Source: Marsupella aquatica (lineage: Eukaryota; Plantae; Marchantiophyta). Taken from it: a DNA stretch of 64,000 nucleotides. The notes under the pieces were generated by a model that saw only the letters and a list, made by a program, of their open reading frames with translations, did no database searches and was not told the origin of the DNA. Position 1 is the first letter of the stretch. Every line of letters begins with the position of its first letter. Position numbers and translations under genes: made by a program. The stretch spans positions 23,582,015 through 23,646,014 of the forward strand of contig OZ316893.1 of NCBI GenBank assembly GCA_973895155.1, written 5' to 3'. This document shows positions 38,983 through 52,333 of this stretch, one piece after another.

Positions 38983-41900
38983 GGCAGTCAAACTATACAA
39001 GAGGAAGGGTTTCGGATGGCTGGGTTAAATCATCTGGTTTTGGATGATACTTTGTTAGGGATTGAGGCCTTGTGAGCCTCATTTTCATTGTAAGACTTTT
39101 TCTTACCAACTATGTATTCATCTCAGAATTTGGTGCCTGGTTACAATTTACAGAGTTTGAAGAAAACCGCACATGTTATTCATGCCCACATTCATGTCTA
39201 TTTTAATTGAGTGGTTTGGTCACAAAAGCTCCATACATTTCGTCTTTTGTTTCCACTAGGATCCTGTCTACGTGTGGGTGCTGCAAATTCCTTGCGGGAT
39301 AATGTCTGGCTTCAACATGGGACACTTCTCCAGACCCGCTTTACTTTGAACTATTGGCAAAGTGCATTATTATGGTTTATATGATTTTTTTCTATTGTTC
39401 TTTAGTCATGGCGAGCAACAGAACCATGCGGGTGTCCCCAACGTGATCAAAATTATTGCCCCGCCGGTGAAATATTGAATATGTAATATTGAGTACATGC
39501 GAAAATGATAATTTAACTCTCTCAATTGAGAGACAAAGTGCCTCAAAACCAATAAAACTCCCATTGGGATAGATATTCAATATTGTCCTAGTAAAGCCCC
39601 TTCAGGGTCGGACGAGTAGAATGGGAAACCATGGAAAGAACCTGAAGACATCAAGTATTTAGGCGACAAGGAATCTGTTCATGGATATGGATGGATTTAG
39701 GGTTTGTGCTATGTAAGCACTTTTCTGCAATTTTATTGAGGCACTTTAGCTACTCAGAAAAAGTCTTAAAAATTGTTAGCATAGATATTGTAGATAGTAG
39801 AAGCCATGGCTTAAGATTCACCACTTTTGGAGTTTAGGATTAGAAGTGAAAAATAGTCAAAGATGATAGATTTGTATGTTTTGTCAAAAAAGTATAATGA
39901 CACTTAGTCATTCCGACACTTTTGAGGGACACTACCATTACAGCAGTACTTACACAATGTTACTGGTTCTGCCTGACGGGTTGTGACCAACCATTGTTGA
40001 TGCAAAAATGAAATGAAGGTGAAAAATAAGTCAATGCGCGCCTTACATTAAATCTCTGAACAATTTTACAGTTCCATAAAAACCAGCCTCACCTACGAGA
40101 CAGAATTCTTGGAAATCTTCATGTAAGACAAAACTAGCCTCACCTACGAGACTGAAACTTTGGATATCCTCATCACACACATCCAGAACCTACACCTGCA
40201 GCGAGTCTTACAGAACCTACACCTGCAGCAAGTCATAAATGGCTTCTATAGTGTCTGAGTCTAGTGTGTAAAATCTAGCACCTCGTCCCTTGCCTCCCTT
40301 GGGCACGTCACATGGTGTCAAACCAAATCGAATGTGAATGACTTCCCCTGGGTGGCAGTAGCTGAAAGGAGAAGCAGAATTGAAGACAAACTTATTTTCA
40401 GATCCTGGATATGGTTGGAACCACCTCCCCTCTAAGGCCATGTCCCTTGCCTTGAATTGTACCTGGTACCCATCAGCAAAACTCTTTGTGACTGTGTGGA
40501 GCACCTCTTTGCACTGATAAATGTAGAAATCTACATTATCTTGATTCGGTTGACAAGCACGACATGCATAGAAATCTCCCAATTGGACACATTCTGGCAG
40601 AGAGATGTTGTCAAGCAATCCTTCACCCTCTCCGATGTTCTGTACATTAGGTCTGACATCTGCCTGCAATACCCCTTTGACCATCTCTAGGCGATACTTG
40701 CCCACCCATTCCTTGTTCTCACAATTCATTGGATCATCATCAACACAAGCTACACAAAAACAACTGAGCTCTCGAACTTGCAACAATGTTGACAAACTCT
40801 TACTAAATCCATCAAAGCAGTGCAAAGATCTACAATCCTTGATTGGATCACAATCCCACTTCTTCCTTCTGTTTACAGTGCCAACTGGAATTTCCCAAAA
40901 AACACGTCGAACGAGTTGCACATCACCATACTCTTGCAATTGACCAACGGCAAACTTGTCTTTGCAAAACTTCACCACATCTGATGCACCCTCCAGACAA
41001 TGACCATTGATGCCTTTCAGTTGCTCAGTTGCAAGCCCGGTCTTGATGTGACCTCCGAGAGCATCCTATTACAGCATACCAGAAACACAAATTAGAAGTC
41101 TCTTCGGTGTGCAAGTCTGGACATCCAACTCCATTAATTAGAAACTTACTACACTTCAGTTGAAAGGCGGGTATTCATAGAATTGGTTGCAAAGTGTGTT
41201 CAAAAGATACTCACGTACAGCAACACCCTTCCCATGGCCAGAGGCATGGAAGAACCATTTCATCCGTGCACCAAACCTCGAGTAGTACCTACTGACGTAA
41301 TAAAACGGTCTGCAGGCCTTGAACTGAGAGGCAGCCCCATCAGACCAAACCCAATGTTGATCAACATGAATGCCCTGATCAGCCATCCACTCCCAATGTG
41401 CATCCATGCAATGTTGCACAAAAAGAGTGTCATGACAGTTATCGTCATTAATGTAGAAATGGTAATCGGCTATAATATCACGAGTCCTATCAGCATTTTG
41501 TGCTGCTTGCACAGGCCTACCCACTGCAGCTTCAAGTGAATCGGCATCTTCCCTATGTCTATAGGTAACATGGATTAACAATGTCACTTGCTTATTGTCC
41601 CAATGTTGACTCTGAATCTCATTTTGAGGCAAAAAAGTGTAATTTTCTGAAAAATCTATTGAAGAAACAATTGTCCCTCTTGGAAATGTTTTGAGACATT
41701 GTCTAAATTGTTGCGACTGCCAATGTGCTCGAAAGTTATGCACAATAAATGTTTTCATGGTATCCAACACCGCCCTCTTCAAATCTACCATGGGAGTTTT
41801 CTTATAAACCATCCTCAATCGCCTAGCCTTCTTTGTTGCGCTCTCTTCAGACCCTTTCTTTTTCTCTCTCTTTTGTTGGGCAGTGTCATCCAGGTCATGA

Positions 41901-42459
41901 TATTCAAACGACTGCCAATCGATCATTTGTTTCTGTGCAGGGTCCAACTCCTGAGTGCACCAATCCAACTTCTCTACTCCACATTTGTCACATTCACCTA
42001 TAATACAGGCTTTTGGTGCCACTCGTTCTCAGGCAATCTAGGACAAAGAGCTTCCTCTATCCAGCCACGAACTGAGGTTATGGACTTTGTAGATGCCATA
42101 CAAGAAGAAATGGGTACAACACCTAAGGGTCTACAGATATCACATTCACAAGGACAGTCCTTATTGTGCTGGTGCCACCTAAATTTGTTAATTGCCTCTT
42201 TCAGTAAGTCCATCTCCACATGTTGTTTGCAGCAACAAACATTTCGGTCCTTCATCTTGCGAACATAATATGGCTTGAAGTGTATGAATGACCGCATCCC
42301 TACAGACACCCCATTCTGCTCCCTTGTGCACCAGTCACGAAATGCTGAATAGAATTGATACTGTAAACATACAGGAGAGTTTTATTAGAAATACTATAGC
42401 AAATAGACACCCTCAAATGTGCAGCCATAAAAATCCCTAGATATCTGGGTACTACTTAC

Positions 42460-43620
42460 TTTTAGACTGAAGTCCTTCAGCAAGGGTTGGAATCCTCATT
42501 GGAAGACTACCAGCAAAGCTTAAGGACTAAAGTCCATCAGGGAGGAGTACTACAATCATTTGGTCAAAGCGCTTCACTCACTGACAAAGGACTAGTCTAT
42601 AGACGTAACACAACCCATGACTATAGTCCTTTACAAAGGATTAAAGTCCTTATCGAAGGACTACATAGTCCTCGGATGAGGACTAAAGACAGTCCTCGAC
42701 AAAGGAGTAAAGTACTTCAATAAGGACTACAATCCTTGAATAAAGACTATAGTCCTTTACAAAGGAGTCAAGTCCTTAAGTAAGTACTATAGTCCTTTAC
42801 AAAGGAGTAAACACTTGAGTAAGGACTATAGTCCTTTACAAAGGACTACAGTTCTTGAAAGAATAAGGACTATAGTCGTAAGTTACGAAAGCCCGTACCA
42901 AGGAGTAAAGTCCAAGGACTATTAGTAGTCCTGTTAAAAGGAGTAAAGTCCTTGGGGAAGGACTATAGTCCTTTACAAAGTAGTAAAGTCCTTTTGTAAG
43001 GACTATTAATAGTCCTTCACAAAGGAGTGAAGTCCTTGAGAAAGGACTATAGTCCTTTACAAAGTAGTAAAGTCCTTGAGTAAGGACTACAGTCCTTTAC
43101 GAAGTAGTAAAGTCCTTAGGAAGGACTATTAATAGTCCTTCACAAAGGAGTAAAGTCCTTGAGCAAGGACTATAGTTCTTTACAAAGTAGTAAAGTCCTT
43201 GAGTAAGGACTATTAATAGTCCTTCACAAAGGAGTTAAGTCCTTTACAAAGTAGTAAAGTCCTTCAGAAAGTCCTTTAAAAAGTAGTAAAGTCCTTTGAT
43301 AAGGACTATATAGTCCTGGGCAAAGGAGTATAGTCCTTTTATAAGGACTATATAGTCCTTGACGCTTAGTGAAGCCCTTGGCTAAGGAGTATAGTTTTTA
43401 TCCAAGGAGTAAAGTCCTTTGACTAAGGACTTCACTGCTATCCATACTCCTGAGTCAAGGACTATATAGTCCTTAGTGATTAACTAGTTAGTACTTTGCC
43501 AAGGACTCAACTCGTTTCTCATGCCAGACTTCACTTGACAAGGATTCAACAGTGCTTCCTGAAGGCCTAGATAGTCAGTCCTGAAGGAATTTTCCTGGAA
43601 CAGAGTCCTTCCTGCTAGGC
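42460..43620. repeat. Intronic array of ~40-bp units built on the palindrome AAGGACTATAGTCCTT
   Basis: Repeated AAGGACTATAGTCCTTTACAAAG(G/T)AGTAAAGTCCTT within the transposase intron at about 42361-43797. Confidence 0.92.
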
Positions 43621-44590
43621 TATATAGGACGTCAGGTCTCACAAAATTATTCAGATCCTACCTTAAAGAAAAAACTAGGCGGTTACAGCAGAGCACAATG
43701 GCTAAAGCACACATGAAGGAAAACTACTTCTCAACATCTGCAGATCGTATTATGAGTTAAAACAAAAGTGGCAAATCAATCATGGAGAATTTCTCACCTG
43801 CCTCCAGCCAGTGCACTTGATGTGTTTCATACATTTTTCGCCCTAGTCGCAATCTGGCTTCATTGTTCTTACATGGAGAAATCCGAGTGTGGGTTTCCCA
43901 AAAGTGTTCCACCTGTTTTCGAACTTCATCAGAAATCTTATCTCGACGTACCTTTCTTTCCCCCATAGGATAAGTTTTTTCACGATCTTCATCAATCTGC
44001 ATCCTGATCTTAGATGCCCTATGAAGATTTTGCCGTTGTATACCCAAAGCTTGAGCTAGAGAGGTCTGCTGCCTTCTATCTACACATGTCTTTCCTACAA
44101 GTGCTGACAAAACTTGGTACTTTGCAACAAGATGGTCTTTGCGCTTCCCTTGCTTCACTATGCTCAAGGTTTTCCTCACATCACATAATGCAGCAGCTAC
44201 AGCCCAATCCATTTTAGGCGAACCTAGTCTTGTAGGCTGGTACTTCTTCAAGTATTTGTGCAACCAGATACCAGATAGTACTGCCCTCCTTGCACCTACA
44301 TTGAATGTAGCGGTCTTCTCCAAAATGTACCTAACTATATCTGATAACACAATTGTAATGCACCTTCTCTTTTGGTTGGGAGTTACACCGTCTTCTGGAA
44401 CAGAGCGCTTGCTCCTTTGGTACTCAAATCTCTTCCTGTCTGCATCCTTCCTCCTCTTCTCAAGAATGGAACCTTCCTGCAATTGGTCATCACAACCACA
44501 ATTATCGTGCTCACCTTCATTTAGTGGATGAAGGTGGGCTGCATGCACTTGAGTGCAAGCAGTTTTGGTGCTCTGCCTTGGCATTCGAAT

Positions 44591-45879
44591 CCCTGGGCCC
44601 TCATCGTTACTAATGCAGGGAGGACGTGCAAACAACGCAAGGGTATTTTTAATGTAATGCAAACTAATTTTTATAATATTTTTTAAAGTAGGCAACATCC
44701 ATGTATATGCATTCATCACAATATTAGTAATAAGGCTCTTATCAAATACATGTCACATTAATCTTATGCAAGGGTACCTAAAATGCCAAGGACACGTGTC
44801 ACTATATGGTTGGCACACATGTCATCACTTCATTGGCACACATGTCCATATAGTAAATCAGACATTTACTTATTTATCCTCTTAAGGCAAGTTTGGTTTC
44901 ATGGGCTTGCATGGTAGACTTGTTTACCCGCATGTGTTAAGTTGGGAGTTAAGTAAATGTTGGGCCAGGATTTTGGGGCCCAACTCGTTTGGGGTTCTGG
45001 GATTGATGGGGACCCATGAATCAATCCCACATAGACAAACAAGATTACTTTTGAATTCCCTCGAATCAAATGGCCAGGTATGAGGCCAGGTGTGTTTGTG
45101 TGTGGGGTGGTGTACTCCCTTGATGATTGGGTTGGGGGGGTACCCGGTGCTCACAGTTGTTTGATTGCAGAGATGGCAGGAAAATTACCCACCATGTCTA
45201 AGTAACAATTTCAGCCAAAGGAGATTTGATGGTATTACTCTCCACAATTTTCAGTAGTTATTTTTTGTATTATTAGTACTTTGTGTCTAGAATATATATG
45301 ATTCATGTGTGGTTTGATGTGTCAAGTTGCATGAAGAAGTTGCCAAAAACTCTACTTATCATTTGGTGTTAATGGTTGATGTCATACCATTCTTAGTCAA
45401 GATAGAATAATTTAGCAATTGGAGTTGACATAAGTAATATATATGCAATTATTCCTCCAAGGATATAGCATAGCATAATAATGCCTTTGTACTAGTTCAG
45501 TTTATCTCTATGAGGTCTACAAGTTGCCTGAGTTATAGTCATATACTCTAGGAAGAACTATAAATCTTTAGTACTAATTTTGTTATGATCTATATAAAAT
45601 ATGTACCGTGAACATCAGCGTAACATAATATTCCCCTATGCAAAATAAAATCTTTTATGTTTCAGTATGATATTTACAATTTTAAAAATTCAAGGGTTTT
45701 TTTAATTCCTTGAAAAACTCTGTTATAATTTACAAAAGGATAAATTTTTATAGGAAAAAATAATGTTTTTACATTAACAAGGGATTTTTTTTTGTGAACA
45801 AAAATATTAAGAAGGGGTACACGGGGGGTGTCTGTTCTCAGGGGGGTTCACTTAATATAGTAAGAGTGAGGGCCCAGGG
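44591..45879 (-). mobile_element. Non-autonomous DNA transposon, 1289 bp, copy 2 (inverted relative to copy 1)
   Basis: Same 13-bp TIR; 8-bp TSD ATTCGAAT (44583-44590, 45880-45887); interrupts the Sola2-like ORF. Confidence 0.95.
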
Positions 45880-48399
45880 ATTCGAATGTGGGCGTTGACC
45901 TGTGTTGGAATGCTTGCCCTTAGGGTCCTCCGCCTAGACTCTAAAATCTCAAAATGGCATGAATGCGCAGCCTCCTTGAGATTTTCACTTTCTTCTCGGG
46001 CTGTACGCAACATCATAGCGGCAGCTTCATGAGCCTCACTAGTAATTCTCATTGCCTCTGATTGCCCAGCAGCCAATAACTCTCTTTGCCTTCGGTTGCC
46101 ATCAATCACTAAATCTTGACATTGCTGCTTAGCACTCTCCATCATGAGATTGCACTGTTGTTGTGTTTCATGAATCATTTCATCAGTGCAAACTGCCTGT
46201 TGACCACCTATGTGCTGACCGTTTGCTATTTGCTCTTGTCTTTTCAACTTGGATTTGCGATTTGCCAACCTTCGCTTCTCCAACCTCTCTCTTGCTAGGG
46301 CATCGGATACCATGTAGCCATTTCAGCCTAATCATGGAGCATCAAATACGTCAGGGTGTTCAACTTCCTTTACCAATCAAAGGCCGCCCACCCTCATAGA
46401 ATCAAATTCACCTACGTCCCAGGGATCCAATTTCAATTCATGACTTAGAACATACCTCACAAAATCATCACATTTAATCTCAGATAGACTTGCTACCCTT
46501 CCTGATCGAGTCCAATGCAACTTCTCCTCTTGAAAAAGAAAAGCCCTGAGAAAAGCCTTTCAAACTGGGAACTCCCTAAATTGTGTCGATCATCAAATAC
46601 TCTGTCTAGCTAGTGTCCTTGCTTCTCCAGTCCAAAGCAACTTCTCCTCTTCAAAACAAAAGCAAATCAATTTAATTTAATGTACCTCAATTCTGTTCAC
46701 GATAGCTGCCAATACTGATTTGATTGACTGCTTGACCTTCCTCTCCATGCTCTTTCTTGAAGTTCCTATTTGGATTCAAATGTACGTTGGCAGCAAAGCT
46801 TCAGACCCTAATAAATCTGCAGCTTCATTGAACCTCCTTTTTGCACTCATTCCCCATGCTCTGAAGGCAACACGGATTTATCAGAGCATGGATCTCACAT
46901 CATACCACGGATCTTGCTCTTTCAATCAATTTAACCCAATCATAGAACTTTCCAGAGTTGCTACCTATTTTGTGTTCCACAAAGCTCAGATAAGGTATTT
47001 TAAAGGCCACTATTGGTCATTCCAGACTTTAACGCAACTTGAACTCTTGTTAACAAACAAAGCCTTTCAAAATTTAAGCTACTCTGATTCTGTCAATCAT
47101 CACATACTCTGTCCAACGTCCTTGCTTCTTCAGTACCTCGAAAACAAAAGCATTGAGGCATATATTTACCTCAATTCTGCCGATGATGGCTGCTAGTGAG
47201 TGATTTGAGTCAATGTTCAACCCTTTGATCCTCTTCAGACCTCCTTTGCACTCTTTCCCGAAGTTCCCGTCATCATCGGGAATGCTTCAGACCCTAATAA
47301 AACTTGCAGCTTCATTGCCCTCCTTTTTGCGCTCATTCCCCTTGCTCATGCTCGGATTTGAATGTCATCCGCAAAGCTTCAGACGCAAATTAAATCTGCA
47401 GCTTGATTGGCTGTTTGGCAGAGCTTCAGGTAAACCCTACCCTCCTTTTTGCATGAGCTCATTCCCCATGCTTTGAAGGCAACACAAATTAGAACATCTT
47501 GAATCTCACATCATTGCACGACTGCTCTTGAATGAATTCTCACAGAGGCATCCATCTTGTGCTTCACGAGGCTAAGTATGGACCTTTGCGCTCGGCTTCA
47601 CTACTTTTTGAACAAATTGTAGCTCGGGCCTAATTGAGAAGGACTCTCACTCCTAGATTTTGAAAATTCCCAGCGGAACTAGTAGCGCCCACGACATTCT
47701 CCCACATAACTAGTTGTCCAACTGTAAATTACATGTCGGGACAAAAAATGAGTTTCCCCAAAGGACTTTGACTCCTTGTTTTTGAAAAGTCCTCCACGCA
47801 CAACTAATAGCGCCAGCACTCTCCTAGAGAACCGGTTGTCCTTCACTCATAAATTATAGTTGCGACAAGAAAGGGGTTACCTCGGGAGCTGAAATACTAA
47901 TGAATGCGTCTTATACGCATTTGATTTGTTTAAGTCCTTTTTGACTTTAGATGTGCCAATCTTGGCCGTTGACAGTCCTTTGGATTAGTGAAAGGACTGG
48001 AGACTTTTTCCCTCCTTTGGTAGTCCTCAATCATGCAATCCACCTATTGGGGGTAATTTCCATAAGAGGAGTCGGGAATTCATTCCCCTCTTATCAAAGC
48101 GATTCATGGTAAGGTATTTGTCCCATATTTAGTAGGGAACCAATTCTCCTTGTAGTGGATGGGCTGCTATGCTTGTAAATTACCTATGTACAAAGGGTAA
48201 TCATTCGGCGTGTCTTGCAAGTGCATCACCTAAACCCTAAACACACACAAAAGAACACAAGAAAGAATACCAAAGAAACAGTGGACATGAGAAACAGTGG
48301 ACATGATTCAAAGATGAAGTGTTCAATTCATAATGCTCCCGCAGGAGGCTCGAACAGGTACATATGTGGCAAGGAAAGACCCACTCATGCTCTGTCCTC

Positions 48400-50925
48400 A
48401 TAGTCTTATCGTTGTCCTGCTGCACTAAAATGACAATGGGAGGAAACGAGAGTGGCACTGACAAGTAAACGAACAGTAAGAGTGTCACTGCCTAACTGAC
48501 TCAAGCACCGAAGAGAACCTTAGCTAAAACTCATTTAGCTACTCTGATGCATTGAACCTCTGCTGCCGATTCTCTCCCAGTATGAACTCCAGATTTTGTT
48601 CCATGTTATCTTTTTTCCCGGTTGCACAGCCATACATGATGTCCCTGATCATCACTTGTTTTTTGTTCTGCACAAAACATGCAACATGCCTACAGTTAGA
48701 GACCACATATATGGAATTCGTAATTCATCATTACTAGTGAGTGCGTGCAGGAATTGTTAGGCAAAGCACGCAAACTGAAATACCTCAATCATACCCCAAT
48801 AATATCCTAATAATATCCCAATAATACCCCATACACAGAGTGACTGTATTCACCATGCAGTCCACACAAGCACTTCTAATCTTACTTGCAGCTCCAACAT
48901 CTTCAACTCAATTGAATCTTCAGCGATAAACCTGATGACTTTCACCGGCCTTGTTTGCCCAATACGATGTGACCGATCGACGGCCTGGTCCTCTACCGTG
49001 GGATTCCACCACCCGTCTACCATAAGAACATGTGTAGCCTCAGTGATGTTGAGTCCTGTGTTCGTTGCCATCAAGGACAAGAGGATAATGCTGATCTGCA
49101 TGAAATGAGTAGAAACAGTTTAATTAGAATATAAAGAGTTTACCCTTTGAACAATACAGACACCGATCTGCACGGATAATGACGGTTGTACCTCTGGGGT
49201 CGTCTTGAAATCATTCAAGGCTTGTTCTCTGACATTGGAATTCATTCCTCCATCAATCCTTGTGAACTTTAGACCAGCCTTCAGAATGTGTGGCTCAAGC
49301 ATGTCGAGACACAAAGTCCATTGTGAGAAAACAAGAGCCTTCTGCCTGGGCACAAAGCTTTCGCTGCTACCCTATCCTGTAGTGTCCAACGGAATCGACT
49401 TCAGGTATTCCAAGACTGCATCAAATTTTGGAGAAGGTGGGTGTCGGACATCATATTCTCTTTGCGCCTTCCCTTTTGACTCCGCACCACCATTCACTAG
49501 CCTCAAATCAGCTGGCCTGTATAGGACCTGGGCTGTCACGTATTTTGAACATTTTGCCGATTTGCAGGTTCCAGCTTCCCGGTCTATTGCACAAATGCCA
49601 CAGTATACATGGCCACAGCCAGAAATCTGAAATGGACTTCCAATCAAGCCCCCTGCACAATCCAACCGTTAAAGTGAGTGCGTGCAAAAATTGTTAGGCA
49701 AAGCACGTTAACTGAAATACCTCAATCATACCCCATACACAGAGTGACTGTACTCACCTTGCAGTCCACGCAAGCACTTCCAATCTTCAATTGCTGAAAC
49801 TCTGACACGAGTCGGCCTCGTTGAGGCTCACTAAGGGGCGTTCTTTGCACTTTGTTCCCGATCTCCTCTTCGCGAATTTTACATAAGGAAGGAAGTTTCG
49901 GGTGCACTGCAAATTGTCGCAACTGGAGCAGAACACTCAACACATTCGATAAGGCACCTCTTTCGGCGTCGCGGAATTCCTACAACATTACAGGCACATT
50001 AATTGCCACCAAAAAGACACCTTCAAGGGATCAAATTGAACTCTCATACGTCTTCAACATTGGGGATTATTAAGAGCCTTATGTACCTTGTATAAGTCCT
50101 TACTCTTTTCCTCCTGATCAAAATAAGCCTTTTGTTCTTGCTGTGTTCTCCATTCAACAATTTGCACCTCGATCGTCTTAGGGGGCAGTGGGAGTATGCC
50201 TGCATGTAAGCACAGTGGTAGGGTAAATGCACAATTGATAAAGAAATCAGGCATGGGATTAAACAAAGTGAACTCTACCATGATGCATGTGCGCTTACTT
50301 TTGTCTCTCCTGAGCGCAATCACAACCAAGTGTTTCGAGAGGATGCCATTCGTTATCTTTGGCCTTGTCTTCAACAGCTTCTTTAACTGCGAGAATTCCT
50401 TCCACTCTCCTAGAGGATAATACCTCAGAAAACTGAAGTAAGGAAACAGATCAGAAGCCTCGTTCTGTATGGGTGTACCGCTTAGGCACCACCTCCTCTC
50501 TGCCTTGAGACAACACGAGGCCTTGAAATTTTGACTAGTTTTATTTTTCATGACATGACACTCATCCAGGACTACTCTAAGCCAATTAATCTTAAACAAT
50601 GGACCTGCAAGTCTAGGTTTTTTACAGGTCTCTTCATACTCCCTTTTGGCACGCTGGACGTCTTTGGAGCAATGGGTGACTCCCCTATCATGATTGAGTA
50701 CGTAGTGACAACCACGTCATGGGCATGAAATAAAGTCGATGTCTTTATTCCTCTTGTTGTGGTAGAGGAGGACCTTCACTTTTGCTATCTTGGAGGTCCT
50801 TGCAGCTATTTCTTGGCCCCATTGAATCACCACGCTGGCTGGACAAACAACTAGAGTTGGCCCACACTTATGAGGGTGATTCACGAGAAATAGCGCTATG
50901 ACATGCATGGTTTTTCCCATTCCCT
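48400..50925 (-). pseudogene. RAD5/RAD16-like SNF2 ATPase with internal RING finger
   Basis: [93 protein letters not shown]. Frameshift near 50725, in-frame TAG at 49372; 3' end approximate. Confidence 0.9.
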
Positions 50926-52333
50926 ACAAAAATCCAAGCCAAGAAAACAGTCAGGCACCCACTCACTTGCAGACGGGGTATTTACAAACGACAGGAACCA
51001 GGAAACAGTAACAGCAAACAGTTACTGTTACCAGGAGAAATGGAAAAAAGAACATGGGATTGAGCTCCATTATTTGGTCAAGAAGTAAAAAAAAACCCAT
51101 CAATAAACCCCATTTTCAGTCGTTTTCAATACCACCATCCAATTGTCAAGGAAAGTAGGGGCCATTAGAATAAAGGTGTTGCCGAAAACCGGTGATGGCC
51201 AGCGCACAACGGTAGTATGTCGGCAGGGAAGGGCAAAATTTAGGTATTCATAAAATAATGAAAAAGATGGAGATTCTATGTAACGTCAATCGAGAAGAGA
51301 ACAGTAAACTTAACGACCAATAGAAAAAGGCGTTGCCAAAACATGCGGATATTAGCAGCGCCCAGCGCTAGTATGCTGGAAGAGATTGTCCATCACATCA
51401 ATCGAGAAGTGAACACAGGAAACTCAATTTGAAGCATGTCAAGTCGTAGGCTTCGGCCTTAACTCAGACTTCAGCTTAGACGGGCACATCCCTCGTAAAT
51501 TTGAGGGTTTGGGCAGGAAGGGAAGCACGTAATGCACCTTATTCTCGTAAACTAGCGCTAAGTGCGCATACTGCTAAATACGGACACCTCCTAGGTATGG
51601 TTTGTGTTCCACCGCCGGAATGTACCTTAGTCGATAGCAAGATCGACCCCTGCTTAAGGGCTTCTAAGCCTTCGTGCTGTCCGCCTTCGATCCGGATTCG
51701 ATGATACAGGTCCTCAACCCGTGCTCGCAACCACTTACCCGCAGGCTACACCCTGTGCACGTCTCGGGTAGTGCGTTCGGCCTGGCGCTGCCACCCATAT
51801 ACGAGAAACCCACACACATATGCGCACACATGCATACAATCTTGATTTACACGAAGGAAAATGATGGGAAAGGATTTTACTACAAAGGGAACATATGCGT
51901 ACACTTAGTTGACCCGATAGCCCTGGAATGAACAGGTTCAAGGCCGAGGGTGCACACTACAATGGAGCCCGGCTCCGCACTCGCCCGGCGAGCTTAGTCC
52001 TACCCCCTCCCCTTGGTACTCTGTCATTCCCAGAGGTCGGGACTCCCTGCATATCCCGCGGATGTCCGACTCTGAAACTAAAAACCCCCCCTGCCTCTAC
52101 CGAGGGGTGCACTAAATACTAAGAGCCGAGGGACGGGGTGTCATCTTGCCAAAGATTTGCTGACTAAGGTCCTAACTAAGCTGACAGTCAGGCCGGAAAA
52201 CGGCTGTGTCTTATTAGAAGATCCTAATCTACGTAGGCTGGACAGCAGGGCAGCGCTGCTGTACCTAAGGCAGGTGCCTGTCCCAAGAGCCTGACTAAGC
52301 CAATCCTAATCCTAATCTATTCCTACTCCGCCG

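Larger units (their letters stand above)
40217..46313 (-). pseudogene. Sola2-type DDD transposase, multi-exon, disrupted
   Basis: SIDFSENY, EIQSQHW, WSDGAASQFK, SGHGKG..DALGG, plus Cys motifs VCCCKQH, CDKCG and SCFCVAC. The N-terminal frame rejoins across the 44591-45879 insertion (NAH-IR-MPRQ); frameshift near 42010. The Sola2 assignment rests on remembered motif patterns. Confidence 0.75.

Noticed and set aside
43757-44719. N-terminus MMNAYTWMLPTLK.. shared with ORF 11788-12102 as a gene family
   Set aside because: It is read-through from the end of the 1.3-kb element; the real frame continues from 45888-46313.
10621-45879. 1.3-kb inverted repeats read as the TIRs of one 35-kb giant transposon
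   Set aside because: Each copy has its own TIRs and a different 8-bp TSD, so they are independent insertions.
6904-48090. GAGGGGAATGAA at 6904 matching inverted TTCATTCCCCTC at 48079-48090 as Sola TIRs
   Set aside because: Only 12 bp match, flanking 4-mers differ (GAGT vs TTAT), and no AAGGACT motifs lie near 6904.
38403-48094. Helitron, suggested by the RPA1-like fragment and a hairpin
   Set aside because: No Rep/PIF1 helicase motifs seen and no CTRR end after the hairpin; the adjacent enzyme is a DDD transposase.
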